The notes: generated by a model not told the origin, from the letters alone. DNA of 64,000 bases from Clostridia bacterium (GCA_045649485.1 JAZRPZ010000112.1:2231-66230), one strand, 5' to 3'; shown: positions 9,808-18,409, counted from the first letter of the stretch. Translations and numbers: made by a program.

Positions 9808-9881
9808 TTATTTCCCTCCCCCATGACCCGGATATATTATATTACGCCGCGCCGCATACAGGCGTGAAGGAGGTCTTTGAA

Positions 9882-11015
9882 TTGATATATCTTGATAACG
9901 CCGCCACAAGCAGCCCCAAACCAAAGTGCGTAACCGAAGCGGTAATACGCGCCATCACCGAAACGAACGCAAATCCCGGCAGAGCCGGCCATTCCCGCTC
10001 CCTTGAAGCCGGACGCACCGTGCTTTCCTGCCGTGAAAATATTGCTTCACTCATAGGCGCGGATGACCCGTTTTCCATTTCTATGGCATTCAACTGTACC
10101 GACGCACTGAATCTGGCAATAAAAGGTATACTGAAGACCGGCGATCATGTTATAAGCACTTTGCTTGAACACAATTCCGTACTAAGGGTCCTCATGGAAC
10201 TTCAGCGCCGCGGTGAAATATCCGTCACGCTCATAAAACCCGCAGCCGACGGCATGGCAGACACGGACGAACTGCGCCGCAGGATTCGCCCGGAAACAAA
10301 GCTGATAATAATGACCCAGGCTTCCAACGTTACAGGCGCCATCCAGCCTGCAGCGGCTGTGGGGACTGTCGCAAAAGAATACGGCATTACATATCTGATA
10401 GACGGGGCGCAGGCATTGGGTTCGATGCCTGTCGATATATCAAAACTCGGATGCGATATGTACGCATTTCCCGGACACAAAGGACTTCTCGGTCCGCAGG
10501 GCACGGGCGGGCTCTATATTCGCCCCGGACTGAGACTTTCGACCCTGCGCGAGGGCGGAACAGGTTCAAGCTCCGAAAGCATGCTGCAGCCCGAGGAAGT
10601 TCCGGAAAGATATGAAGCGGGCACAGTCAATTTTCACGGCATTGCAGGACTGGCAGCCGGCGCAGCTTATGTAAAGCAGAATCTTTCCGATATATATATG
10701 CATGAACGCGAACTGACAACCATGCTGTACGAAGAACTCCGCGTCATACCGGATATCGTGATATACTCTCCCGAAAGTGAATCCGCCCGTGCGGGCATCG
10801 TAAGCTTCAACATAGGCGACATGTCTTCTTCTCAGGCAGCTGACGCACTGGACAGGGCCGGTTTTGCCGTGCGCGGAGGGCTGCACTGTGCGCCGGGCGC
10901 TCATGCGTATCTCGGCACTCTGCGTCGCGGCGCTGTGCGGGCAAGCGTAGGCCACGCCACGACTTTTGATGAAATAGCATCATTCGTAAAAGCAGTGCGG
11001 CAGATATCTCATTAA
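9882..11015 (+). CDS. Cysteine desulfurase-family class V aminotransferase (possibly selenocysteine lyase-like)
   Basis: PLP-lysine region FPGHKGLLGPQGTGGLY and active-site Cys loop GGLHCAPGAH. Start reassigned to TTG 9882 (GAAGGAGG 8 nt upstream), which removes the overlap with the divergent gene. Confidence 0.8.
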   Translation: MIYLDNAATSSPKPKCVTEAVIRAITETNANPGRAGHSRSLEAGRTVLSCRENIASLIGADDPFSISMAFNCTDALNLAIKGILKTGDHVISTLLEHNSVLRVLMELQRRGEISVTLIKPAADGMADTDELRRRIRPETKLIIMTQASNVTGAIQPAAAVGTVAKEYGITYLIDGAQALGSMPVDISKLGCDMYAFPGHKGLLGPQGTGGLYIRPGLRLSTLREGGTGSSSESMLQPEEVPERYEAGTVNFHGIAGLAAGAAYVKQNLSDIYMHERELTTMLYEELRVIPDIVIYSPESESARAGIVSFNIGDMSSSQAADALDRAGFAVRGGLHCAPGAHAYLGTLRRGAVRASVGHATTFDEIASFVKAVRQISH

Positions 11016-11039
11016 CACCGGATAATGCAAAATAAATTC

Positions 11040-11067
11040 TTGACTTTCAATGTATATTGAGTATACT
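11040..11067 (+). promoter_or_regulatory. Sigma-A-type promoter of the leader ORF/ABC exporter transcript
   Basis: TTGACT (11040-45), 16-nt spacer, TATACT (11062-67). Confidence 0.6.
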
Positions 11068-11111
11068 AATAATCAGCGAATAAAGTAAATTATAAGAAAG
11101 GAGTGTGTTTC

Positions 11112-11234
11112 ATGTTCAACGGTTTTACCAATTCCGACACCATCAATGCAGCACTCTGCCTTTCTGTAATTTTCGAAGCGTTTATTGTACGCAAGGGTGA
11201 AGTGGGCCCGTGCGCCTGTTACGGTATTTCGTAG
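11112..11234 (+). CDS. 40-codon leader/small ORF (MFNGFTNSDTINAALCLSVIFEAFIVRKGEVGPCACYGIS)
   Basis: Absent from the ORF track (shorter than 60 aa). RBS GAAAGGAG 8 nt before ATG 11112, stop TAG at 11232-34, own promoter upstream and a terminator downstream. Confidence 0.4.
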   Translation: MFNGFTNSDTINAALCLSVIFEAFIVRKGEVGPCACYGIS

Positions 11235-11260
11235 TATAAAGCTATACTCATATCGCAGCA

Positions 11261-11295
11261 GGCCGCCGGAGCAAAACCGGCGGCTGTTTGTTTAT
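11261..11295 (+). terminator. Intrinsic terminator/attenuator inside the ABC exporter leader
   Basis: Hairpin GCCGCCGG-agcaaaa-CCGGCGGC followed by TGTTTGTTTAT. It lies 27 nt after the leader ORF stop and about 155 nt before the ABC start. Confidence 0.65.
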
Positions 11296-11450
11296 CATAA
11301 AATATTTGGAATCTGTGGTGTGCCTCCAAAAACCTTACCGGGAACAGCTGAATCTGTATACTGCGGCTTTGCGGGAGAGCCGTATCATCGCAGCATATTC
11401 CCGGCTTTGGATATGGTGAGCCGGCACACACTGAAATAACGGAGGTTAAT

Positions 11451-13301
11451 ATGACATCCAGGAAACTCAAGCTCGTTTTCGAACTGATGAAGGGTGTAAA
11501 GCTTCAGTACCTCGGCGCACTTATCGCCATCGTGGTCACTGTAGGTATCGGCTTCATCTCTCCCCTGATGCTTTCCGGCACAATCGATGCGCTGGAAGCC
11601 GCCGCAAACGGCAAAATGGATGCTGTGATCAATCTGCCTGATCCGCTTGGCAGCTGGTTCATGGAGCAGGGCGGTATCGCCTATCTGCTCAAGCATCTGT
11701 GGATCATCGCCATCGTACTCGTATGCTGCCATGCCACCAACGGTCTTTTCCAGTTCTTCAGAGCCCGCTGGACCGCAAAGGCCTCTGAGACCATTGCAGA
11801 AAAGATCCGCAACAAGCTGTACGCCCATCTGCAGGTGCTGCCTTACGATTATCACGTAAAGGCACAGACCGGCGATCTTATTCAGAGGTGTACATCGGAC
11901 GTTGAGACCGTGCGCCGCTTCCTCTCCAGCCAGCTGGTTGAAATCTTCCGTGCCGTGCTGATGGTAGTTGTGGCACTTATCATTCTTATCGGAATGAATC
12001 CCCGCATGACTCTGTGGTCCATGATTCTGGTACCGCCGCTGTTCGTGTTCGCGATGCTGTTCTTCAAGTGGGTGCGCCATTACTTCACCATTTCCGATGA
12101 AGCGGAAGGTAAGATGAGCGCCATACTGCAGGAGAACCTGACCGGCGTGCGCGTGGTCCGTGCATTCGGCCGTCAGAAGTTCGAAGAGGATAAGTTCTAT
12201 GCAGCCAATGACGACCTGCACGACAAATCCCTCACTCTGACCAAGCTGCTTTCCGTTTACTGGTCCGGTTCCGACGCACTTTCCATGATACAGACCGGCA
12301 TTACCCTTGTTGCCGGTATCGTGACTGTCGCTACCTTCCCCGGCGAGCTGTCCGTGGGCGAAATGACCGTATTCGTAAGCTACATATCCATGCTGCTGTG
12401 GCCCATCCGTCAGCTGGGACGTATCCTTTCCGACATGGGCAAGTGCATGGTCTCCTTCGAGCGTATCGATCAGATACTGCGCGAAAAGCCCGAAGAAGAC
12501 GCTCCCGATGCAGGTGAATATCCCATCGATCAGGACATTGAATTCCGCCACGTCGGATTTGAATACGAAAAGTCCAACCCTGTGCTTACTGATATCAACT
12601 TTACCGTAAAGCAGGGTCAGACCGTAGCCATCCTCGGCGCCACCGGCAGCGGCAAGTCCACGCTGATGCACCTGCTGCAGAGACTGTATGATGTAAAGCG
12701 CGGCGGCATATTCATCGGCGGTGTTGATATCCGCAAGATAAAGAAGCCCCACCTGCGCTCCCGCGTTGGTCTGGTGCTGCAGGAACCCTTCCTGTATTCC
12801 CGCAGCGTGCGCAACAACATCGGCATAGTAAATTCCGAACTCACCGACGAAGAGATCTTCGCAGCCGCCCGCACCGCAGCCGCTCATGATTTCATAAACG
12901 ATTTTGAAAACGGCTACGAGACCATGGTAGGTGAGCGCGGCGTGACCCTTTCCGGCGGTCAGAAGCAGCGTGTTGCCATCGCACGTACTCTGCTCAAGAA
13001 CAACGACATCCTCATCTTCGACGACTCCCTGTCCGCAGTCGATACCGAGACCGACCGCGCCATCCGCGAGGCACTCAACGAACAGCGCGGCGCAGGCGAG
13101 AAGAAGACCACCACTTTCATAATCTCCCACCGTCTGACTACCCTTGCCGAAGCCGATGTGATCATTGTTATCCAGGAAGGCAAAGTCGCTCAGCAGGGCA
13201 CTCATGACGAACTTATCAAGATGGAAGGTCTGTACAAGCGCATCTATCAGATCCAGACCTCCCTCGAAGAAGAACTCAACGCTGACAGAGAGGAGGCGTA
13301 A
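11451..13301 (+). CDS. ABC exporter permease/ATPase fusion, subunit A of a heterodimer (degenerate catalytic site)
   Basis: Six-TM exporter domain plus NBD. Walker A GATGSGKST, signature LSGGQ, and Walker B ILIFDD followed by S, so the catalytic Glu is replaced by Asp. Confidence 0.9.
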   Translation: MTSRKLKLVFELMKGVKLQYLGALIAIVVTVGIGFISPLMLSGTIDALEAAANGKMDAVINLPDPLGSWFMEQGGIAYLLKHLWIIAIVLVCCHATNGLFQFFRARWTAKASETIAEKIRNKLYAHLQVLPYDYHVKAQTGDLIQRCTSDVETVRRFLSSQLVEIFRAVLMVVVALIILIGMNPRMTLWSMILVPPLFVFAMLFFKWVRHYFTISDEAEGKMSAILQENLTGVRVVRAFGRQKFEEDKFYAANDDLHDKSLTLTKLLSVYWSGSDALSMIQTGITLVAGIVTVATFPGELSVGEMTVFVSYISMLLWPIRQLGRILSDMGKCMVSFERIDQILREKPEEDAPDAGEYPIDQDIEFRHVGFEYEKSNPVLTDINFTVKQGQTVAILGATGSGKSTLMHLLQRLYDVKRGGIFIGGVDIRKIKKPHLRSRVGLVLQEPFLYSRSVRNNIGIVNSELTDEEIFAAARTAAAHDFINDFENGYETMVGERGVTLSGGQKQRVAIARTLLKNNDILIFDDSLSAVDTETDRAIREALNEQRGAGEKKTTTFIISHRLTTLAEADVIIVIQEGKVAQQGTHDELIKMEGLYKRIYQIQTSLEEELNADREEA

Positions 13302-13304
13302 TTC

Positions 13305-15143
13305 ATGCAGTTCCAGGAAGAACAGGATTATACCAGTAAATTCAATATGGGCATATGGAAGAAGCTCTTCAAGCTCGCCAAGCCCTTCTACAGATTCATC
13401 ATCGCCATTATGCTCATCATGGTACTTAACGGCGTAATGGACGTTATTTTCCCGCTGCTGAACTCCGAAGCAATCGACAGCTTTGCCGCACAGGGCAGGA
13501 TCGAAGGCATAGGCTGGTTCATCGCCAAGTACTTTGGCGTATTGGCCATACAGGTCGGCTGTATATTTGCCTTCACGCTGCTTTCCGGCCGCGTGGAAGT
13601 GGGCATCTGCCGCTACATAAGGAAAATGGGCTTCAAGCGTCTGCAGGAACTGCCCTTCTCCTTCTACGATAAGACTCCCGTAGGTTACCTCATCGCCCGC
13701 CTCACCAGCGATACCCAGCGTCTTGGCGACACCATCGGCTGGGGTCTTATCGACATCATGTGGTCCTCCTCCTATGTGCTGATGGTCTGCATCGTAATGT
13801 TCACCATCCACTGGAAGCTGGCTCTTGCGGTGCTTTCCGTAATGCCCATCATCGGCGTGGTCGGCTACTATTTCCAGAAGAGGATCCTTGCCAGCTACCG
13901 CGAGGTGCGCAAGACCAATTCCAAGATAACCGGCGCCTTCAACGAAGGCATCATGGGCGCCAAGACCACCAAGACTCTGGTACGCGAAAACGCCAACCGC
14001 GCCGAATTTGAGGAACTAACCGGCAGTATGCACCGTTCCTCCGTGCGCGCCGCCGTGCTTTCCGCCTGCCTCTACCCCATCGTCGTATCCCTCGGCGGCT
14101 TTGCCACCGCATATGTAGTATGGAAGGGCGGCTACGATGTATTCACCGCAGGCACTCTGTCCATCGGTACTCTGATGGCCTTCGTAAGCTACGCGACCCA
14201 GATCTTCGAACCCATCATGGGCATCGTACGTACCTTCGCCGATATGCAGCAGTCTCAGGCTGCTGCCGAGCGCGTCATCACCCTGCTTGAGACCGAGCCC
14301 GAGATCGCCGATACCCCCGAAGTAATCGCCGAATTCGGCGACAGCTTCAACCCCAAGCGTGAAAACTGGCCCGAGCTCAATGGTGACATTGAGTTCCGCA
14401 ACGTCACCTTCCGCTACAGCGGCGGCGAAAAGGTACTTACCGATTTCAACCTCAAGATCGAAGCCGGTCAGACCATCGCCCTCGTAGGCGAGACCGGTTC
14501 GGGCAAATCCACCATTGTAAACCTCATCTGCCGCTTCTACGAGCCCACCGAAGGCGAGATACTCATCGACGGCGTGAACTACAAGAAGCGTTCCCAGCTG
14601 TGGCTGCAGTCCAATCTGGGCTACGTGCTGCAGCAGCCCCATCTTTTCTCCGGCACCATCCGTGAGAACATCCGCTACGGCAGGCTTGATGCTACCGATA
14701 CCGAGATCGAAGAAGCCGCCCGCATGGTCGATGCTGAGGACTTCATCCTCAACATGGAAAAGGGCTACGACACCGACGTAGGCGAAGGCGGTAACCGTCT
14801 TTCCACCGGTCAGAAGCAGCTCATCTCCTTCGCCCGTGCGCTGTTGGCAGACCCCGCAATATTCGTGCTCGATGAAGCCACTTCTTCTGTCGATACCGAA
14901 ACCGAGCAGAAGATTCAGCATGCGATCCAGACCGCTCTTGAAGGACGTACCAGCTTCATCATCGCCCATCGTCTTTCCACCATCCGCAATGCAGACCGCA
15001 TTCTGGTTATTCAGGGCGGCCGCATCACCGAGGAAGGCACCCACAGGGAGCTGCTCAAGCAGAAGGGTTACTACTACAATCTTTATACCAACCAGTTCCG
15101 CGATGAGCAGTCCCGCAGCCTGCTGAAGGGCGAACTGGCATAA
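13305..15143 (+). CDS. ABC exporter permease/ATPase fusion, subunit B of a heterodimer (consensus catalytic Glu, degenerate signature)
   Basis: Walker A GETGSGKST, signature LSTGQ (non-canonical), Walker B FVLDEATS. Separated from subunit A by a 3-nt gap. Confidence 0.9.
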   Translation: MQFQEEQDYTSKFNMGIWKKLFKLAKPFYRFIIAIMLIMVLNGVMDVIFPLLNSEAIDSFAAQGRIEGIGWFIAKYFGVLAIQVGCIFAFTLLSGRVEVGICRYIRKMGFKRLQELPFSFYDKTPVGYLIARLTSDTQRLGDTIGWGLIDIMWSSSYVLMVCIVMFTIHWKLALAVLSVMPIIGVVGYYFQKRILASYREVRKTNSKITGAFNEGIMGAKTTKTLVRENANRAEFEELTGSMHRSSVRAAVLSACLYPIVVSLGGFATAYVVWKGGYDVFTAGTLSIGTLMAFVSYATQIFEPIMGIVRTFADMQQSQAAAERVITLLETEPEIADTPEVIAEFGDSFNPKRENWPELNGDIEFRNVTFRYSGGEKVLTDFNLKIEAGQTIALVGETGSGKSTIVNLICRFYEPTEGEILIDGVNYKKRSQLWLQSNLGYVLQQPHLFSGTIRENIRYGRLDATDTEIEEAARMVDAEDFILNMEKGYDTDVGEGGNRLSTGQKQLISFARALLADPAIFVLDEATSSVDTETEQKIQHAIQTALEGRTSFIIAHRLSTIRNADRILVIQGGRITEEGTHRELLKQKGYYYNLYTNQFRDEQSRSLLKGELA

Positions 15144-15158
15144 CAGGAGGACGACCTC

Positions 15159-16337
15159 ATGGACATCCGCAAAATCAGCGCCATCGACGAACGCGTATGG
15201 GCTTCCCTCAGCAATAATCTGGCATTCGGCGGCAGACGCAGCATGGATGACATCCGCAAAGCCGTTGAAGAAAATCCTTCTTCCCATGACGACTGGGGCT
15301 GCTTCACAGACGATGGAAAAATGATGGCTCACGTTCAGAATGAGCACAGATACACCATGTTTGACGGTCATGAGGTGTACACCGGATGCATCGGCTGCGT
15401 TTCCACCTTCCCGGAATATCGCGAAAGCGGTGCAGTACGCAGCATATTCACCGAGCATCTTTTTCCGGATGCATACGCCAATGGCGAGGTATTCTCCTAT
15501 CTCTTCCCCTTCTACCACAATTTCTACCGCAAGTTCTGCTATGAGACCTGCTGCGAGATTCCTGTATACCGTTTCCCCATAACCGCGCTCAAGGGCAGGC
15601 ATTTCTACGGTCAGGCTAAGCTCTGGCTTCCCGGAGACGACATGACCGCGCACATGGCCGTATATTCCGGATTCATCCGCAGGTACAACCTGACCCATGT
15701 ACGCACCGTTGAGGAAATGAAGGGACGCATCCATTCCGATCCCTTTGCTTCCCGCAGATACACCTATCTGCTCTCAATCGGCGAAAAGGCCTGTGCTTAC
15801 TTCACCTTCTGTGATGAGCGCAAGGACGGCAGGCACTGCATAGAGGTCGTTGACGCCGCATGGCTGGGCAAGGAAGGCTTCGATGCCATACTGGGATTCC
15901 TCTCCCGCTACACTGCGGATTATGAGGATATAATCATCCGCATGCCCACCGATATAAAGCTGGGCGCGCTGATTCCCGACGGCAAAGCACTGAATCTGAG
16001 TGCCATGAACGTATACATGGCCCGCGTGATCAATGCGGAGAAGGTACTTGCGCTGCTGAAAAAGCCCGATGGCTGCGAATTCACCATTGAGGTGCTCGAC
16101 GAGCAGATTCCCGAGAACAACGGCGTATGGCACGTTTCCGGCAACAAGGCAGAAAAGACCGACGCCGCCGCTGACATCAGCGTTTCCGTCACCGCACTCG
16201 GAGCAATGGCACTTGGCTATGTAGCCCTCGATACCGCAGAATACAGGGACGATGTGAAGGTTTATGCCAACCGCGAAGTTCTCGAAAAGGTCTTCATCGA
16301 AAAGCCCCTCTATCTGAACACCGCAGACCACTTCTAA
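15159..16337 (+). CDS. GNAT acetyltransferase with a C-terminal extension (Eis-like architecture)
   Basis: About 390 aa. N-terminal GNAT motif-A-like YRESGAVRSIF. The length and two-domain layout resemble Eis/SCP2-type GNATs. RBS AGGAGG. Confidence 0.55.
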   Translation: MDIRKISAIDERVWASLSNNLAFGGRRSMDDIRKAVEENPSSHDDWGCFTDDGKMMAHVQNEHRYTMFDGHEVYTGCIGCVSTFPEYRESGAVRSIFTEHLFPDAYANGEVFSYLFPFYHNFYRKFCYETCCEIPVYRFPITALKGRHFYGQAKLWLPGDDMTAHMAVYSGFIRRYNLTHVRTVEEMKGRIHSDPFASRRYTYLLSIGEKACAYFTFCDERKDGRHCIEVVDAAWLGKEGFDAILGFLSRYTADYEDIIIRMPTDIKLGALIPDGKALNLSAMNVYMARVINAEKVLALLKKPDGCEFTIEVLDEQIPENNGVWHVSGNKAEKTDAAADISVSVTALGAMALGYVALDTAEYRDDVKVYANREVLEKVFIEKPLYLNTADHF

Positions 16338-16490
16338 GCAACAGGCGCCGGCCTGCAGCGGACTGCTGTCGCGCGGTGATTACCGTTCCCTGCGCCCGTA
16401 TGTCATGGGCGCAGGGAACTATCAGCTCAATTCTATTGGTGCAACTTCTATAACTGTCGGTTCCTGCGCCGGACGGCGGCTTGGAACTCA
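16338..16490 (+). repeat. Intergenic structured repeat, family A, copy 1
   Basis: Starts on the first nt after the TAA stop. Alignable over about 150 nt with 48240-48395. Hairpins at 16385-16419 and 16459-16487 show compensatory changes relative to copy 2. Confidence 0.7.
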
Positions 16491-16524
16491 TGCAATTACA
16501 ATCAAATATCGAGGTGAGAAAAAC

Positions 16525-16980
16525 ATGATAACCATCGCGAAATACAGCAAATCTCGTATACCAGATATGTTGGAATTTGAGCGTGCACTGCGTGTGGAGG
16601 AAAATTTCTGGGGTTGGGAGATAGACGAAAAGTACATATCTGAAGTTACCCGCAGCTTCGATGATCCCCGCTTTGCCAATTGCCTCTCCTTCATAGCATA
16701 TGTGGACGGCAAGCCTGTCGGCAGGATAGATGCAAGTCTCATCCCCTCACATTTCGACGGCTCAGTAAAAGCATATCTGGACTGGATATGCGTAATAAAG
16801 AGCTATCGTCATGCCGGCGTTGCGCAGGCAATGCTGGATACCCTGCGAGCTGAGCTTAAAAAACTTGGGATCGAAACGCTTATAGCACTCACTGCAGCAA
16901 ACGACGAGGCGCAGCGTTTCTACAAAAATGTGCCCGATTCCCAGATGCGTGATACCGGCATCTGGATCGATATAAAGTAA
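16525..16980 (+). CDS. GNAT family N-acetyltransferase
   Basis: Motif A YRHAGVAQAML. Start at MITIAKY (ATG 16525) is preceded by GAGGTGA. Confidence 0.75.
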   Translation: MITIAKYSKSRIPDMLEFERALRVEENFWGWEIDEKYISEVTRSFDDPRFANCLSFIAYVDGKPVGRIDASLIPSHFDGSVKAYLDWICVIKSYRHAGVAQAMLDTLRAELKKLGIETLIALTAANDEAQRFYKNVPDSQMRDTGIWIDIK

Positions 16981-17258
16981 ACCGTAATAACATTGTGTCG
17001 AATAACCGGGACGAGTTCTGCCCACACCTACGCACCGCTAAATGCTCATATTCCAATAACAACATAGGGCAGATGCTTGCTACCGCCTAACACTTCAAAC
17101 CCCATTAATTCATAAATACACACAAAAGGAGATGAGTTTGATGACTGCAAATTACAATATGGTGATGACAGTTTAGAACTTCATAAAGGCGCGCTGTGAA
17201 ATCAGGGAATAATTCTGCCCTTTTGCAGCCAATGCCGCATCTCCAACCATTTGTCATG

Positions 17259-17308
17259 AAAGGCCGCCGAACGCGCCGTGATAAACGGCTGTGTTCCGCG
17301 GCCTTTTT
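17259..17308 (+). terminator. Terminator-like structure in the long untranslated region upstream of rsgA
   Basis: AAAGGCCGC...(inner CCGT-gataa-ACGG)...GCGGCCTTT followed by TTAT. No annotated + strand gene ends nearby. Confidence 0.4.
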
Positions 17309-17401
17309 ATGTCCATTTTTACAACGAAAGGAGAGATGCCTTATGAGAAAAAGCATCACCGGTACCCCAAATAAATACACGAAAAGAAGGTACGACATAC
17401 A

Positions 17402-18409
17402 ATGGAACATATCGAATATCCCATCATCAATGCCGAAGAATTCCCCGGATGTACCCCTGCTCTTATAACCGCCGTTCACCGTGAACAGTTTGAATTTATC
17501 TCCGATACCGGAAGCGGACGCGCCATCGTAAAGCGCAGCCTGAACATGCACGAAATGCCGACCGTAGGCGACTATGTCGCACTGAAGTACGAAGACGTGG
17601 GACTCAGCGTGATATACGGCATACTCCCCCGCCGCAGTCTGTTTGCCCGTGCCGACAGCTGGCACGGCGGCAGGCAGCTGGTAGCCGCGAACGTAGACAT
17701 TGTGTTCATAACCACCTCGCTGAATATGGAATTCAACGTCCGCAGACTGGAAAGATACCTTGCGCTGGCCCTTGAAAGCGGTGGACAGACAGTATTTTTG
17801 CTCACTAAGCTTGATCTTGCCTCGCCTGAGATACTCGCCCGCGCACAGATGGCTATATCCGAACTTGCACCGGACTTCCCCATGCTTGCGGTAAGCGCCC
17901 ATACAGGTGAAGGCATGAAAGCTCTTGAAGCCATGCTTACACCCGGCGTAACCGCAGTGCTGCTGGGTTCCTCCGGCGTGGGCAAATCCAGTATCGTGAA
18001 TGCGCTGATGTCCGAAGAACGCATGAAGACCAATATCATCGGCGAAAACGACAAAGGACACCACACAACTGTGCACAGGCAGATGCTCGAACTTCGCACC
18101 GGTGCGCGGCTTATCGATACCCCCGGCATGCGCGAACTTGGTATGTGGGACGCACTTGACGGTGTAGCTTCTGTGTTCCCGGAAATGGATGAAGCCGCCT
18201 CCCGCTGCAAATTCCGCAACTGCACACATACCCACGAACCGGGCTGCGCCATTCTGGCAGGTCTTGCCGACGGCAGCCTTGACCCGGGCCGAGTGCGCAA
18301 TTATCTGGCGATGCATAACGAATCAAGCGTTTCCGCCAAACAAGCTGCTGCAGAAAAGCGAAAGCGCATTTCCGCAGAAAGAAGCCGCATAAACAAGCGC
18401 CGCAAATAA
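17402..18409 (+). CDS. rsgA: Ribosome small-subunit-dependent GTPase A
   Basis: Circularly permuted GTPase: TKLDL (G4) precedes G1 GSSGVGKSS. C-terminal zinc knuckle CKFRNCTHTHEPGC. Confidence 0.85.
   Translation: MEHIEYPIINAEEFPGCTPALITAVHREQFEFISDTGSGRAIVKRSLNMHEMPTVGDYVALKYEDVGLSVIYGILPRRSLFARADSWHGGRQLVAANVDIVFITTSLNMEFNVRRLERYLALALESGGQTVFLLTKLDLASPEILARAQMAISELAPDFPMLAVSAHTGEGMKALEAMLTPGVTAVLLGSSGVGKSSIVNALMSEERMKTNIIGENDKGHHTTVHRQMLELRTGARLIDTPGMRELGMWDALDGVASVFPEMDEAASRCKFRNCTHTHEPGCAILAGLADGSLDPGRVRNYLAMHNESSVSAKQAAAEKRKRISAERSRINKRRK

Noticed and set aside
9771-9881. N-terminal extension of the desulfurase ORF (track start 9771), which overlaps the divergent DUF3343 gene
   Set aside because: The conserved N-terminus IYLDNAATS begins at TTG 9882, which has GAAGGAGG 8 nt upstream. 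The extension has no RBS and would overlap the divergent gene's start.
11112-11234. The 40-aa Cys-containing peptide as a RiPP precursor, bacteriocin or AgrD-like autoinducer
   Set aside because: The window contains no modification or processing genes: no radical SAM, LanB/C/M, YcaO or AgrB, and neither exporter carries a C39 peptidase domain. A leader-peptide/attenuator reading fits the terminator context better. It is kept only as an alternative within the finding.
11385-15734. Very long minus-strand ORFs (808 aa at 11385-13811 and 572 aa at 14016-15734) opposite the ABC exporter genes
   Set aside because: These are shadow ORFs of GC3-rich sense genes. Their composition is odd (rich in G/A/V/H/D/L, no motifs), they have no RBS, and they overlap completely with plus-strand genes that carry unambiguous Walker, signature and TM features.
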